A DNA stretch of 64,000 bases from an uncultured bacterium (GTDB lineage: Bacteria; Actinomycetota; Acidimicrobiia; Spongiisociales; UBA5794): assembly GCA_963801165.1 (NCBI GenBank), contig CAWDDT010000003.1, positions 128,001-192,000 of the forward strand. Direction: 5' to 3'. Below the pieces are notes generated by a model. It was not told the DNA's origin and searched no databases. It was given only the letters and a program-made list of their open reading frames with translations. Both the position numbers and the translations under genes were made by a program. Every line of letters begins with the position of its first letter. The stretch's first letter is position 1. Shown in pieces: positions 9,832 through 19,451 of this stretch.

Positions 9832-11322
9832 TCACGGTTTGATCGACTCCAATCGTTGCGCTGCCTCGTCCCAGCGCGGGTCGACGGCCGGCATGAAGAC
9901 ATGTTCGTCATACGAGTCCGCCAATACTTGCAGACCCTCCTCGAGACTGGAGATGCGCCCCGATGCCTGCATTTGGATCAGGGCGTTGCCCAGGGACGTC
10001 GCTTCAGGATGACCTGCTGTTACGGGTACCATCGTGGCCGACGCGGTCAGCTCATCGAGCAGCCGGTTTCGTGAGCCACCGCCGACCACCCGGATGCCGC
10101 CAATGGGACTACCGAGTATTCGCTCCAGGGTTCGGTGGGTGGCGCGGAACTTCAGAGCGAGGCTCTCGAGGATCACGCGAGTGGTCTCGCCGCGGTTCTC
10201 TGGAGCTTCTTGCTGGGTCTCCCGGCAATACTCCTTGATCTTCTCGGGCATGTCACCGGGCGAGGCAAACCGGGGATCTTCGGTGTCGATCACCGCACCA
10301 AATGCGGGCGCCTGCTCGGCTTCTACGACCAAAGTGGAGAAATCCAGCCTGTCCTGTGGAGTCTCCCAAGAGCGCAGGCACTGCTGTAGGAGCCAGAACC
10401 CGGTCAGATTGCGCAGAGTCCGCACTCGCCCGTCCGCCGCGATCTCGTTGGTGAGGCCGGCGTCGAAAGCGTCGCTACCCGTGTGGGGCGTGGGCCCCTG
10501 GACGCCCAACAGTGCCCACGTGCCGGAGCTGAGGATTGCTTCGCCATCCCGGGCGCCTGAGCCGGCGAACGCCGATGCGGTGTCATGACCGGCGACCGCC
10601 ACTACGGAGATGGGAACGCCGGCAGTCGTCGCGATCGGGCTGCCTGCCCCGGCGACGATCGTGCCGGGCGCTACCGGATCGCGGAAAAGTTCAGCAGGAA
10701 CACCGATATCGACGAGTTCTGACCGCAACCATTTGTGAGATCGGATGTCGAGCATCTGCGTCGTGCTGGCGATGGTTAGCTCGGTCACGGGCACCCCGCT
10801 GAGATGGAAACCGACCAGATCGGATATGAGGAGGGCCTGGGCGGCACGGTCGAGCAGCCCCCTCTCATGCTCGGCAGCCCAGGCGAGTTGGAACAACGTG
10901 TTGATTTGCATCGTGGCGACGCCTGTCATGCGATACCAGTCGCGCTCGTCAACCCGGCTGAATATGCGGGTGGGCATCGCCGCGACACGGCTGTCGCGGT
11001 AGGAGTAGGGTTGCGCCAGCAGGTGTCCCGCGGAGTCGATCAGCCCGAAATCGACGCCCCACCCGGCAACGCCCACGGATACGAGCGACCGCCCATATGA
11101 GCCAACGGCTCGCCCGATGCCATCCTGGACACGATCGACCAGCCGGGCGATGTCCCACCTGAGAGAGTTGCCATCGGACACGGGATGATTGGGGAACCGC
11201 ACGACCTCCTCCAGTTCCACCCGCGTGCCGTCGAACTGTGCAGCCATGACGCGCCCACCGGACGCTCCGAGATCGACACACAGAAAGACATCCCCGTCGC
11301 CGGTCTGGCGTCTCTCAGCCAA
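9832..11322 (-). CDS. FGGY carbohydrate kinase (rhamnulokinase-like; probable L-fuculokinase role)
   Basis: VDLGASGGR, WGVDFGL, YRDSR, GHDTASA, LSSGTWALLG, GGGSRN. Confidence 0.9.
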   Translation of the reverse strand: MAERRQTGDGDVFLCVDLGASGGRVMAAQFDGTRVELEEVVRFPNHPVSDGNSLRWDIARLVDRVQDGIGRAVGSYGRSLVSVGVAGWGVDFGLIDSAGHLLAQPYSYRDSRVAAMPTRIFSRVDERDWYRMTGVATMQINTLFQLAWAAEHERGLLDRAAQALLISDLVGFHLSGVPVTELTIASTTQMLDIRSHKWLRSELVDIGVPAELFRDPVAPGTIVAGAGSPIATTAGVPISVVAVAGHDTASAFAGSGARDGEAILSSGTWALLGVQGPTPHTGSDAFDAGLTNEIAADGRVRTLRNLTGFWLLQQCLRSWETPQDRLDFSTLVVEAEQAPAFGAVIDTEDPRFASPGDMPEKIKEYCRETQQEAPENRGETTRVILESLALKFRATHRTLERILGSPIGGIRVVGGGSRNRLLDELTASATMVPVTAGHPEATSLGNALIQMQASGRISSLEEGLQVLADSYDEHVFMPAVDPRWDEAAQRLESIKP

Positions 11323-11360
11323 TTGCGCACGTCCTTCAGTTCAGGGCTCGGTACATGGCA

Positions 11361-11801
11361 TCAACCTTCGAGGATCGGCGTGACGCCCTTGGTGAGCATC
11401 AGGTTGGCGTACTTCACAACCGACCCGGTGCGGACGATGGCAAAGCTGGTGGACGCCTCTTCATAGAACGCAAAACGCTCGACATAGCGGATGTGCGCCC
11501 GATCCGGCTGAGATCTGCGAACGATTGTCTCGTAGGACGAGGCCACTTCGGGATCGAGCTCGTCACCGGGAACCGCCTCCATCATGGTGAGCGGTGCGTC
11601 CGTGTACTGGTCGAGTGTGAACAAGGGGAGAATCGCGGCCAGCAGATCCGTCGTCTTGAGTCCCGACGCGGCTATCACAGGAAGGCCGAACCTGTAGGCG
11701 GGAAAGAACGCGTCCGCGAGGACGATGCGGTCTCCGTGGCCCATGCGGTGCAACGTGACCAGCAAGTCGGAGGAGATAAGCGGCGAAATACCCTTGAGCA
11801 T
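11361..11801 (-). CDS. fucU: L-fucose mutarotase (RbsD/FucU family)
   Basis: MLKGISPLIS...MGHGDRIVLADAFFP...ERFAFYE...YANLMLTKGV. Confidence 0.92.
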   Translation of the reverse strand: MLKGISPLISSDLLVTLHRMGHGDRIVLADAFFPAYRFGLPVIAASGLKTTDLLAAILPLFTLDQYTDAPLTMMEAVPGDELDPEVASSYETIVRRSQPDRAHIRYVERFAFYEEASTSFAIVRTGSVVKYANLMLTKGVTPILEG

Positions 11802-11805
11802 CTGG

Positions 11806-12864
11806 CTACGTCCCTTCTAGGTTGCGAATCTCGCCCGAGCCCCGGGGCAGGAGTGTCACCTCCTGAACCCGGATCTCCGGAGGGCCGGTGTACCCCTCGA
11901 GTCGTCGGAACAGCATCTCGGCTGCGATCCGACCGAGTTCTTCCGGATCCTGCCGGATCACCGTCAACGCTGGCTCTACGACATCGGCGAGCTCGATGTC
12001 GGCGAAGCCGACAGCCGCCACCTGCTGCGCCAAACCAAGCTCATGGAGTGCCCGGATCAGACCGGTCGACGAGAAGTTGTGTGAGGCGAAGACCGCGGTT
12101 GGAGGCTCGGGGAGTGACATGAGGCGTCGTGCCGCCGTTACCCCGAGCGCCGGCGTGTCTACTCCCTGAATGACAAGCGTCGGGTCGAGCGCGATACCGG
12201 CCTTCTCCAGGGCTTCGGTATAGCCGCGAAGACGTTCGCCTGCTGAGTAATACGAGGAGGGGTCGGAATGGCAGAGGAATCCCAGCCGCCTGTGACCATG
12301 GTCGAGCAGATGGTTGGTGGCGGCAACCGCACCGCCGAAGTGATCGTGCAGCACCACATCCCCGATCAGCTTGGAGGGCATCAGATCGACGAAGACCACC
12401 GGTGTGCCGTGCTGAGTCACCTCGGTCTCCAGGAGATCGAGCTCCGAACCGGCGGGAATCATGATCAGGCCGTCGACCCGGCGCGAGATGAAGGCACCGA
12501 TCGTCTCGTTCTGACGTTTGTTGTCGGCATATGAACTGGCCGTCAGTACGAGGACCTCCTTGTCCCTGGTGACATCCTCGATGCCGCGAAACACCATCGC
12601 AAAGAATGGATTTCCCACATCCACCTGGACAAAGCCGATCGTGCGAGTCCCGGCCGATGGGCTACGGAGAGCGGCGGCCGCGTGGTGCGGCCGGTAGTCG
12701 AGCCGTTCGATCGCATTCGTGACGCGCTTGAGCAGCGCCGGGCTCACACCGTCTTCGTTGTTGATGACCCTGGAGACGGTTGTGACACTGGTACCGGCCT
12801 CCTTGGCGACATCGCGCAACGTGGGTCGCCGATTTGGGGGATTGTTGATGCTCCGCATGGTCAT
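11806..12864 (-). CDS. LacI-family transcriptional regulator
   Basis: PTLRDVAKEAGTSVTTVSRVIN HTH plus periplasmic-binding-fold core; start uncertain (12858 or 12864). Confidence 0.95.
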   Translation of the reverse strand: MTMRSINNPPNRRPTLRDVAKEAGTSVTTVSRVINNEDGVSPALLKRVTNAIERLDYRPHHAAAALRSPSAGTRTIGFVQVDVGNPFFAMVFRGIEDVTRDKEVLVLTASSYADNKRQNETIGAFISRRVDGLIMIPAGSELDLLETEVTQHGTPVVFVDLMPSKLIGDVVLHDHFGGAVAATNHLLDHGHRRLGFLCHSDPSSYYSAGERLRGYTEALEKAGIALDPTLVIQGVDTPALGVTAARRLMSLPEPPTAVFASHNFSSTGLIRALHELGLAQQVAAVGFADIELADVVEPALTVIRQDPEELGRIAAEMLFRRLEGYTGPPEIRVQEVTLLPRGSGEIRNLEGT

Positions 12865-12865
12865 G

Positions 12866-12895
12866 TGAATTGTCTCGTGTTGAATTGTCTCGTGT
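12866..12895. repeat. 15-bp tandem duplication at the LacI start
   Basis: TGAATTGTCTCGTGT x2. Confidence 0.9.
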
Positions 12896-12919
12896 TTTGG
12901 AAACGTAGTCAAAACAATG

Positions 12920-13001
12920 TCGGAACGTTACCATAGATCACCCCGAGACGGCTGTAAATAGAGGATGGTATCGTTACCAGGAGGGCTTGACAACGTTACC
13001 A
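12920..13001. promoter_or_regulatory. Three LacI-type operators (consensus TGGTAACGTTACCA)
   Basis: TCGGAACGTTACCA 12920-12933, TGGTATCGTTACCA 12966-12979, TGACAACGTTACCA 12988-13001; the third overlaps TTGACA(12987)-N18-TATCGT(13011). Confidence 0.85.
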
Positions 13002-13092
13002 GAAAGCCGTTATCGTCGGCGGCATGCGCCGCACGATTCGGCGGCGTAGTCGATTGGGGTAACGCAAGTAGTTCCCGGAGGAGGAGGAAACG

Positions 13093-14688
13093 ATGAAGGC
13101 AAGAGCCGGATGGATTACGAGGTTCTCCATCCTTATGGCGGTCCTGGCGCTAGTCGCCGTGGCCTGCGGCAGTACATCGGAGACGACAACAACTCAGGCG
13201 CCGTCGGGTGAAACCACCACTGCGGCACCTGGTGAAACCACCACAGCGGCGCCGGGTGAAACCACCACTGCTGCGCCGGCCGGCATGCAGTTCGAAGGCG
13301 TAAACGTAGAGCTCCTCACTTTCGAGGGTCCACAGATTGCCGAGCCACTCATCCGGCGGGCCCCGGACTTCGAGGCGCTGACGGGTGCCCATGTGAACGT
13401 GACGACCGTGCCGAACGCTGACCTGTACAACAGCATCCTGACCGATGCAGCGACCGGCACCAACAGCTACGACGCGTGGGTTTTCGCCCCGCAGTGGATT
13501 GTCGACTTTGCAGTCCCCGGGTACATCGAGGACTTGACCGATCGGGTCGCCAATGACCCGTCGATCCAGTGGGACGACATCGCCCCGTTCTTCCGGAACT
13601 TCTCGGCGACGTACGAGGGCACGATCAGGACGATTCCGTTGGACGGCGACTTCCACATGGTGTACTACCGCTCGGACGTGCTTGCCGACAATGGCCTGCA
13701 GCCGCCCAAGACCTGGGATGACTATCTGGCTATCGCCAAGGCGGTCAACGGACAGGACATGAACGGCGACGGTGAGCCGGACTACGGCAGCTGCATCTCG
13801 AAAGCCCGTGGCCAGCAGTCGTACTGGTGGATCATCTCCATCGCCGCTCCCTACATTCAGAGCCAGGGAACGGGCGCTGGCACGTTCTTCAACTTGGATG
13901 ACATGACCCCGCTCGTCGACAACGAGGGTTTCATCCGTGCTCTGAACGTCTACAAGGAGACCGGACTCTATGGGCCGCCCGATGAGACCAACCTCGGCGT
14001 TGGCGACACCCGTGGCCTGTTCACGTCGGGGCGGTGTGCCTTGTCGCTGGACTGGGGCGACATCGGTACCCTGGCAATCGATCCGGCGAACTCCGTCGTG
14101 GCCGATACCTTCGGCGCTGTGATCACACCGGGGTCAACCAAGGTCATCGACGCCAGCGGGACGTTGGTCGACTGCGATGCCACCACCTGCCCCTATGCGG
14201 TTGACGGCGTGAACTTCGCACCGTTTGCTTCGTTCGGCGGCTGGTCCGGAGGCATCAACGCGGCAGCCGATCCAACGGTCAAGGATGCTGCCTATGCATT
14301 CTTCTCCTACATGTCGGCACCAGCACAGTCCAATCAGGATGTCACCAACGGGGTGACCGGGTTCAATCCGTACCGGACATCCCAGTTCGAGGACAACAGC
14401 CTGTGGCTGCAGGCCGGCATGAGCCAGACGGCAGCGGACTCCTACCTGGGGGCCATCAAGGACAGCCTGTCCAACCCGAACATGGTGCTGGACATCAGGA
14501 TCCCGCAGAACCAGAGATACGAACAGAACATCCTCGATACGGTGCTGTCGCAGTACATCGCCGGTGAGCTCTCGGCGGAGGAAACGGCCACCGAGATCTA
14601 CAACCAATGGGAAGAAGTGACCAACGAGCTCGGGCGCGATAGCCAGTTGGCGGCGTACAAGGCCACCCTCGGCATCAGCACCAAGTAA
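13093..14688 (+). CDS. CUT1 sugar ABC transporter substrate-binding lipoprotein
   Basis: Lipobox AVAC, Thr-rich linker, IPLDGDFHMVYYRSD, FGGWSGGI; GGAGG RBS. Confidence 0.93.
   Translation: MKARAGWITRFSILMAVLALVAVACGSTSETTTTQAPSGETTTAAPGETTTAAPGETTTAAPAGMQFEGVNVELLTFEGPQIAEPLIRRAPDFEALTGAHVNVTTVPNADLYNSILTDAATGTNSYDAWVFAPQWIVDFAVPGYIEDLTDRVANDPSIQWDDIAPFFRNFSATYEGTIRTIPLDGDFHMVYYRSDVLADNGLQPPKTWDDYLAIAKAVNGQDMNGDGEPDYGSCISKARGQQSYWWIISIAAPYIQSQGTGAGTFFNLDDMTPLVDNEGFIRALNVYKETGLYGPPDETNLGVGDTRGLFTSGRCALSLDWGDIGTLAIDPANSVVADTFGAVITPGSTKVIDASGTLVDCDATTCPYAVDGVNFAPFASFGGWSGGINAAADPTVKDAAYAFFSYMSAPAQSNQDVTNGVTGFNPYRTSQFEDNSLWLQAGMSQTAADSYLGAIKDSLSNPNMVLDIRIPQNQRYEQNILDTVLSQYIAGELSAEETATEIYNQWEEVTNELGRDSQLAAYKATLGISTK
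13207..13278 (+). repeat. 24-bp coding repeat x3 (GETTTAAP linker)
   Basis: GGTGAAACCACCAC... repeated every 24 bp. Confidence 0.9.
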
Positions 14689-14699
14689 ATCCCCCGAGG

Positions 14700-14759
14700 G
14701 CGTGCTGATTCCGACAGCACGCTTGGCAACGGTGGTGAGGTCGCAAGACCTCACCACCG
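14700..14759 (+). terminator. Twin stem-loops after the SBP gene (mRNA stabiliser or partial terminator)
   Basis: GCGTGCTG/CAGCACGC (14700-14722) and a 13-bp stem CGGTGGTGAGGTC-GCAA-GACCTCACCACCG (14730-14759); no U-tract. Confidence 0.7.
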
Positions 14760-14840
14760 CCTCCTCCGCGGTAGCGTGGAAAACGACCCAGAGGCGAGTC
14801 AGGCGAGCTGACTCCCGAAGCAAGGCAGTGGAAGAAGGCG

Positions 14841-16013
14841 ATGTCCCTAACGAAAGAGCGAACCGACCACAAGTCATCTGCATCTGGTGATCGAGAGTTC
14901 GAGCTCTTTCCGCATGAGGCGGCGACCCGCAGGTGGGTGTTGTCCCCTGCCGTAGTGCTGGTAATCCTGTTGAGCGTGTTTCCGCTGATTATCTCGGCGT
15001 ATCTCGCCTTTTCGCGTTTCAAGTTTGTTGCCGGCGGCTTCGAGATCGTCTGGATCGGACTGGGCAACTTCAGAAAGCTCCTGACCGGCAGCCAAAGTCG
15101 GCGGTTTCTTGGTGCCGCGGCTCCGATGCCCTGGTGGGGCTGGGCTCTGCTGGCGGCTTTCGTTGGTGGCATGGTCTTCGATTGGATCCGTGCGCTTCGT
15201 CGATCGGCGGGTCGGGTCTCGGCGGCCGCCCGGGTCCGGATCTCGGCGGCTCGACTGGTGACAACCATCATCGGGGCGGTGCTTCTCGCGCTGGTGATCC
15301 GCACGTTGCAGCCCGGAGGCTTCCCCGGCACTGTGGTAGTGACCCTCGTCTTTGTCGTAGTCGGTGTGTTCTTTCAATACCTGATCGGCTTGAGTCTGGC
15401 CTTGGCTGCATCGCAGCGGTTGCGCGGCAAGAGGTTCTTCCGCACGGTCTTTCTCATCCCGATGACGATTACACCGGTGGGTGCCGCCTATGTGTTCCGG
15501 ATGATCTCCGACACCGGCAAGGGCCCGCTTGAGCCGCTGTGGGCGCTCATATTCGGTAGGGGGGAGTTCACGTGGGTGCAGAGTCCATGGGGGGCCAGGA
15601 TCGCCATCATCATTGCGGACACCTGGCAATGGACACCTTTCATGTTCATCATCCTGCTTGCAGCCGTCGAAGGCGTCCCGGATTCGCTGCTCGAAGCCGC
15701 CAAGGTCGACGGGGCCGGCGTGTGGGAGCAATTCCGCAAGATCACATTCCCGCTCATCCTGCCGGTGTCGCTCACACTCATCCTCATTCGATTCATCGAG
15801 GCATTCAAGATCATCGATCTTCCCCAGGTGCTGACTGGGGGTGGGCCGGGAACGGCCACTGAGTCGCTGGCCCTCCAGGCCGTGTACGAATGGCGAGGGA
15901 TCAACCTCGGGGGTTCGGCCGCGATCTCCTACGCCCTTCTCGTGCTCACCACCTTCTTTGGCCTCGTGCTCGTGACCGTGGGACGTCGTCGCGCCCTGGC
16001 GCAGATTGGTTGA
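14841..16013 (+). CDS. CUT1 sugar ABC permease (MalF-like)
   Basis: GLGNFRKLL, DTWQWTPFMFIILLA, EAA motif LLEAAKVDGA. Confidence 0.93.
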   Translation: MSLTKERTDHKSSASGDREFELFPHEAATRRWVLSPAVVLVILLSVFPLIISAYLAFSRFKFVAGGFEIVWIGLGNFRKLLTGSQSRRFLGAAAPMPWWGWALLAAFVGGMVFDWIRALRRSAGRVSAAARVRISAARLVTTIIGAVLLALVIRTLQPGGFPGTVVVTLVFVVVGVFFQYLIGLSLALAASQRLRGKRFFRTVFLIPMTITPVGAAYVFRMISDTGKGPLEPLWALIFGRGEFTWVQSPWGARIAIIIADTWQWTPFMFIILLAAVEGVPDSLLEAAKVDGAGVWEQFRKITFPLILPVSLTLILIRFIEAFKIIDLPQVLTGGGPGTATESLALQAVYEWRGINLGGSAAISYALLVLTTFFGLVLVTVGRRRALAQIG

Positions 16014-16020
16014 GAGGACT

Positions 16021-17079
16021 ATGACCGCATCCGCCACACGACCAACAAGCACCCGCCGCCGCGACGAGCGACAACGCGGGGTGGCGGAGCTGTCGCGACG
16101 CTCGAAGATCGGGCTCTATGCGCTGCTCGTGTTCTGGACGTTGGTTGTGGTCCTCCCGCTGTACTGGATCATGACGACATCGCTCAAGTCGCCGATCCAG
16201 GTCAACGACGGCCCCTACTACATACCTTTCGTCGACTTCAAGCCCAACCTCGACGCCTGGCACTGGGCGCTCGGGACGGAAGGGGGCCAGACGCGCCGGG
16301 CGTTCGTCAACACTGTCGTCGTTGGCCTGGGTGCTGCGGTTCTCACCGTCGGTGTTGGAGCCCTCGCGTCCTATGGCTTGTCACGTTTGAAGTACAGGCC
16401 CCGGCTGGCGTCGGTGGTCGCCTTCATCGTCGGCGGAGCGGCCGCGATCGTGTTCATCGCATTTGGCCTCACCTGGCAGCTGGCCGGCGTTTTCGGGATG
16501 GGGATATTCGCAATGTCGGTGGCGACCTGGGCCCGCCGGTTCGAATTCCGATTGAGCAATGACGACATCTCATTCTGGCTCATCTCGCAGCGAATCCTTC
16601 CTCCGATCGCCATAGTGCTGCCTCTGTACGTCTTCTTCCAACAGCTTTCTCTGCTGGACACGCAGATCGCGTTGATCATCGCTTACGTTGGCGCAAATGT
16701 GCCGATCGCGATCTGGTTGCTGCGCGACTTCTTCGCCACCATTCCGCTGGATCTCGAGGAGTCGGCGGCTATGGAAGGCGCGACACGTCTTCAAACACTC
16801 CGCAAGATCATCATCCCGCTTGCGGTCCCTGGACTTGTGGCAACGTTCTTGTTCATTCTCGTTTTCACCTGGAACGAGTATCTGATCGCCACCGTGCTCG
16901 CCTCGGCACACGCACAGACCATGCCGCTGATGATCGTGGCTCAGAACGCGACGAGGGGCCCGCAGTGGTGGAACATGTCGGTCCTGATTTTGATCATGTC
17001 CACCCCCGTGGTTGTGATCGCCTTTTTCCTCGAGCGCTACATCGAGCGGGGGATGCTCATCGGAGCCATAAAGCACTAG
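16021..17079 (+). CDS. CUT1 sugar ABC permease (MalG-like)
   Basis: PLYWIMTTSLK, LEESAAMEGA, FTWNEY. Confidence 0.93.
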   Translation: MTASATRPTSTRRRDERQRGVAELSRRSKIGLYALLVFWTLVVVLPLYWIMTTSLKSPIQVNDGPYYIPFVDFKPNLDAWHWALGTEGGQTRRAFVNTVVVGLGAAVLTVGVGALASYGLSRLKYRPRLASVVAFIVGGAAAIVFIAFGLTWQLAGVFGMGIFAMSVATWARRFEFRLSNDDISFWLISQRILPPIAIVLPLYVFFQQLSLLDTQIALIIAYVGANVPIAIWLLRDFFATIPLDLEESAAMEGATRLQTLRKIIIPLAVPGLVATFLFILVFTWNEYLIATVLASAHAQTMPLMIVAQNATRGPQWWNMSVLILIMSTPVVVIAFFLERYIERGMLIGAIKH

Positions 17080-17081
17080 CT

Positions 17082-17183
17082 ATGGGTGACGTTGTGAGAT
17101 GGGTGACGTTGTGAGATGGGGGACGTTGTGAGATGGGGGACGTTGTGAGATGGGTGACATTGTGAGAAGAGTGACGTTGTGAG
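17082..17183. repeat. 17-bp tandem array x6 between the permease stop and the AKR start
   Basis: ATGGGTGACGTTGTGAG x2, ATGGGGGACGTTGTGAG x2, ATGGGTGACATTGTGAG, AAGAGTGACGTTGTGAG. Confidence 0.95.
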
Positions 17184-18186
17184 CCATATCGATCCTGAGC
17201 AGGTCCCCCGCCGGACGTTGTATACCGGCGCGACGGTTCCCGCCATCGGTATGGGAACGTTCGGATCGGATCATGTGTCGGGAGAAAGTGTTGCCGCCGC
17301 AGTTGAGGATGCCGCGTCCATTGGCTACCGCCATTTCGACTGCGCCTCGGTATACGGGAATGAAGCTCTCATCGGGGGTGCCTTTGCCTCGATCCTCGGC
17401 AAAGTGGTGACCCGGGAGGAGCTATGGGTGACCTCCAAGGCATGGAACGATCAGCATGGCGAGCGAGTCGTCCCCGCCTGCGAGAAGACGCTGCGCGATC
17501 TCAGGCTCGACTATCTGGATCTCTACCTGGTCCATTGGCCGTTCCCCAACCACCACGACCCCGGTGTCGATGTCAATTCGCGTAGCCCAAACGCCAGACC
17601 GTACATCCACGAGGAGTACATGGAGACGTGGAGTCAGATGGAGCGCCTCGTGGAGAAGGGGCTCGTCCGTCATATCGGTACTTCGAACATGACGATCCCG
17701 AAACTCGATCTCGTGCTCCGCGACGCCACCATCAAGCCGGCCGCGAACGAGATGGAGCTCCATCCCCACTTCCAGCAACCGGAGTTGTTTCGGTACGTGG
17801 CGGACAGGGGGATCCTGCCCATTGCCTTCTCGCCGCTTGGATCCCCGGGGCGACCCGAGCGCGATCGAACTCCGGACGACACCGTCGATCTCGAAGACCC
17901 TGTGATAGTCGACATTGCCCGGCGGCACGATATGCACCCGGCCAATGTCTGTATCAAGTGGGCTATCCAACGCGGAGCGGTGCCCATACCGTTCTCGGTG
18001 ACGCCACGGAACTATGCGAGCAACCTGCGGTGCACGACCTCCCCACCTCTGACCGACGACGAGATGCATGCGATCGAGGCCATCGACAAGGACTGCCGGC
18101 TCGTCAAGGGTCAGGTGTTCCTGTGGAAACAGGACCAGGACTGGCGCGATCTGTGGGATGTCGACGGTCGGATCACGCCTCGATGA
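17179..18186 (+). CDS. Aldo/keto reductase
   Basis: IGMGTF, GYRHFDCASVYGNE, LWVTSK, LDLYLVHWP, IGTSN. Confidence 0.94.
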   Translation: MSHIDPEQVPRRTLYTGATVPAIGMGTFGSDHVSGESVAAAVEDAASIGYRHFDCASVYGNEALIGGAFASILGKVVTREELWVTSKAWNDQHGERVVPACEKTLRDLRLDYLDLYLVHWPFPNHHDPGVDVNSRSPNARPYIHEEYMETWSQMERLVEKGLVRHIGTSNMTIPKLDLVLRDATIKPAANEMELHPHFQQPELFRYVADRGILPIAFSPLGSPGRPERDRTPDDTVDLEDPVIVDIARRHDMHPANVCIKWAIQRGAVPIPFSVTPRNYASNLRCTTSPPLTDDEMHAIEAIDKDCRLVKGQVFLWKQDQDWRDLWDVDGRITPR

Positions 18187-18205
18187 TGGACTCGGAGAGA
18201 AGACA

Positions 18206-19294
18206 ATGATCAACAGGACAATGCGAGGCGCGGTTCTTCCGGGAGACAGCACCGTTCAACTCAGGGAATACGATGTCCCGGAACCCGGTCACGGCGAGGT
18301 GTTGATTCGCACGAAGGCATCCACTATTTGTGGCTCGGATATCCGGGCGATCTACAACGAGCATCTCGGCAAGGGGCCGGAGGGATACCAGGGCGTGATA
18401 GCCGGCCACGAGCCTGCGGGCCAAATCGTTGCCCTGGGAGAAGGGTGCCGCCGGTTCCAGGAACGCGACCGGGTCATCGTCTATCACATCTCCGGCTGTG
18501 GCCTCTGTAACGACTGCCGGCGCGGTTACATGATCTCCTGTACGAGCGAGCAGTACCGGCGGGCATACGGGTGGCAACGCGACGGCGGCATGGCCGATTA
18601 CATGCTCGCCGAGGAGAAGGACCTCGTGGCTCTACCGGACGAGTTGAGTTTCGTCGACGGTGCCCAGGTGGCGTGCGGGTTCGGGACGGTATATGAGGGT
18701 CTCGAGAAGATCGGTATCAGCGGAAACACTTCCGTCCTGATCACGGGTTTGGGACCGGTCGGTCTTGCCGCGGCCATGCTCTCGCGAGCGTTGGGAGCTC
18801 AGCAGATCATCGGCATCGACGTGATCCCGGAACGGCTCGAACTCGCCAGGGACCTCGCCCTGTGCGATGAGGTGCTGCCGGCCGGGCCGGACAATGTAGC
18901 CCGGGTGCTCGAACTGACCGGGGGTAACGGTGTGGAGCGAGCAGTGGATTGCTCGGGGCACCACGAGGCGCGTGCCACTGCGATCAGGGCAACACGCAAG
19001 TGGGGGAGAATCGTGCTGATAGGAGAAGGAGGCACGCTCCAGCTCCAGCCCTCACCGGATCTCATCCACGATCAGAAGACCGTCTACGGCTCGTGGGTGA
19101 CCTCGATTTGGAAGATGGAGGAGCTGGTTGAGCTGATCGTCCGCCGGGGTCTACATCCCGCGGATCTCGTCACACACCGATTCCCGCTGGAAAAGGCGGC
19201 AGATGCGTATTCGCTGATGGCCTCAGGGGCGTGTGGGAAAGTGGCCGTTGTCTTTGATGAGGGGTTGGTCGATCCAACGACGGTTGGTGGTTGA
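18206..19294 (+). CDS. Zn-dependent MDR dehydrogenase (YphC-like)
   Basis: ICGSD, GHEPAG, CGLCNDCRRG...C, GLGPVG. Confidence 0.93.
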   Translation: MINRTMRGAVLPGDSTVQLREYDVPEPGHGEVLIRTKASTICGSDIRAIYNEHLGKGPEGYQGVIAGHEPAGQIVALGEGCRRFQERDRVIVYHISGCGLCNDCRRGYMISCTSEQYRRAYGWQRDGGMADYMLAEEKDLVALPDELSFVDGAQVACGFGTVYEGLEKIGISGNTSVLITGLGPVGLAAAMLSRALGAQQIIGIDVIPERLELARDLALCDEVLPAGPDNVARVLELTGGNGVERAVDCSGHHEARATAIRATRKWGRIVLIGEGGTLQLQPSPDLIHDQKTVYGSWVTSIWKMEELVELIVRRGLHPADLVTHRFPLEKAADAYSLMASGACGKVAVVFDEGLVDPTTVGG

Positions 19295-19422
19295 CCAGCT
19301 GAGGTCGGTGCGTCGGGCGCCCATTGAATTGCATGTCACCGCAAGTGTCGGTGGGGCGTTGTATCCGACGCTGCCGTCGCTTTGTCCCCCGCCCGGGTCT
19401 CGACTACTCTCGTCGTCGCTGG

Positions 19423-19438
19423 TATAGTCTCATTGAGA
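19423..19438 (+). promoter_or_regulatory. Putative mod -10 element and palindromic operator
   Basis: TATAGT 19423-19428 followed by TCTCA-T-TGAGA 19428-19438, just upstream of modA. Confidence 0.45.
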
Positions 19439-19451
19439 ATAGTAGAGACAC

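Noticed and set aside
13207-13278. Thr-rich coding repeats in the SBPs (also 36805-36876)
   Set aside because: Ordinary flexible lipoprotein linkers
17082-17183. 17-bp repeats considered as plasmid iterons or CRISPR
   Set aside because: No spacers, rep gene or AT-rich origin; lies inside a sugar operon
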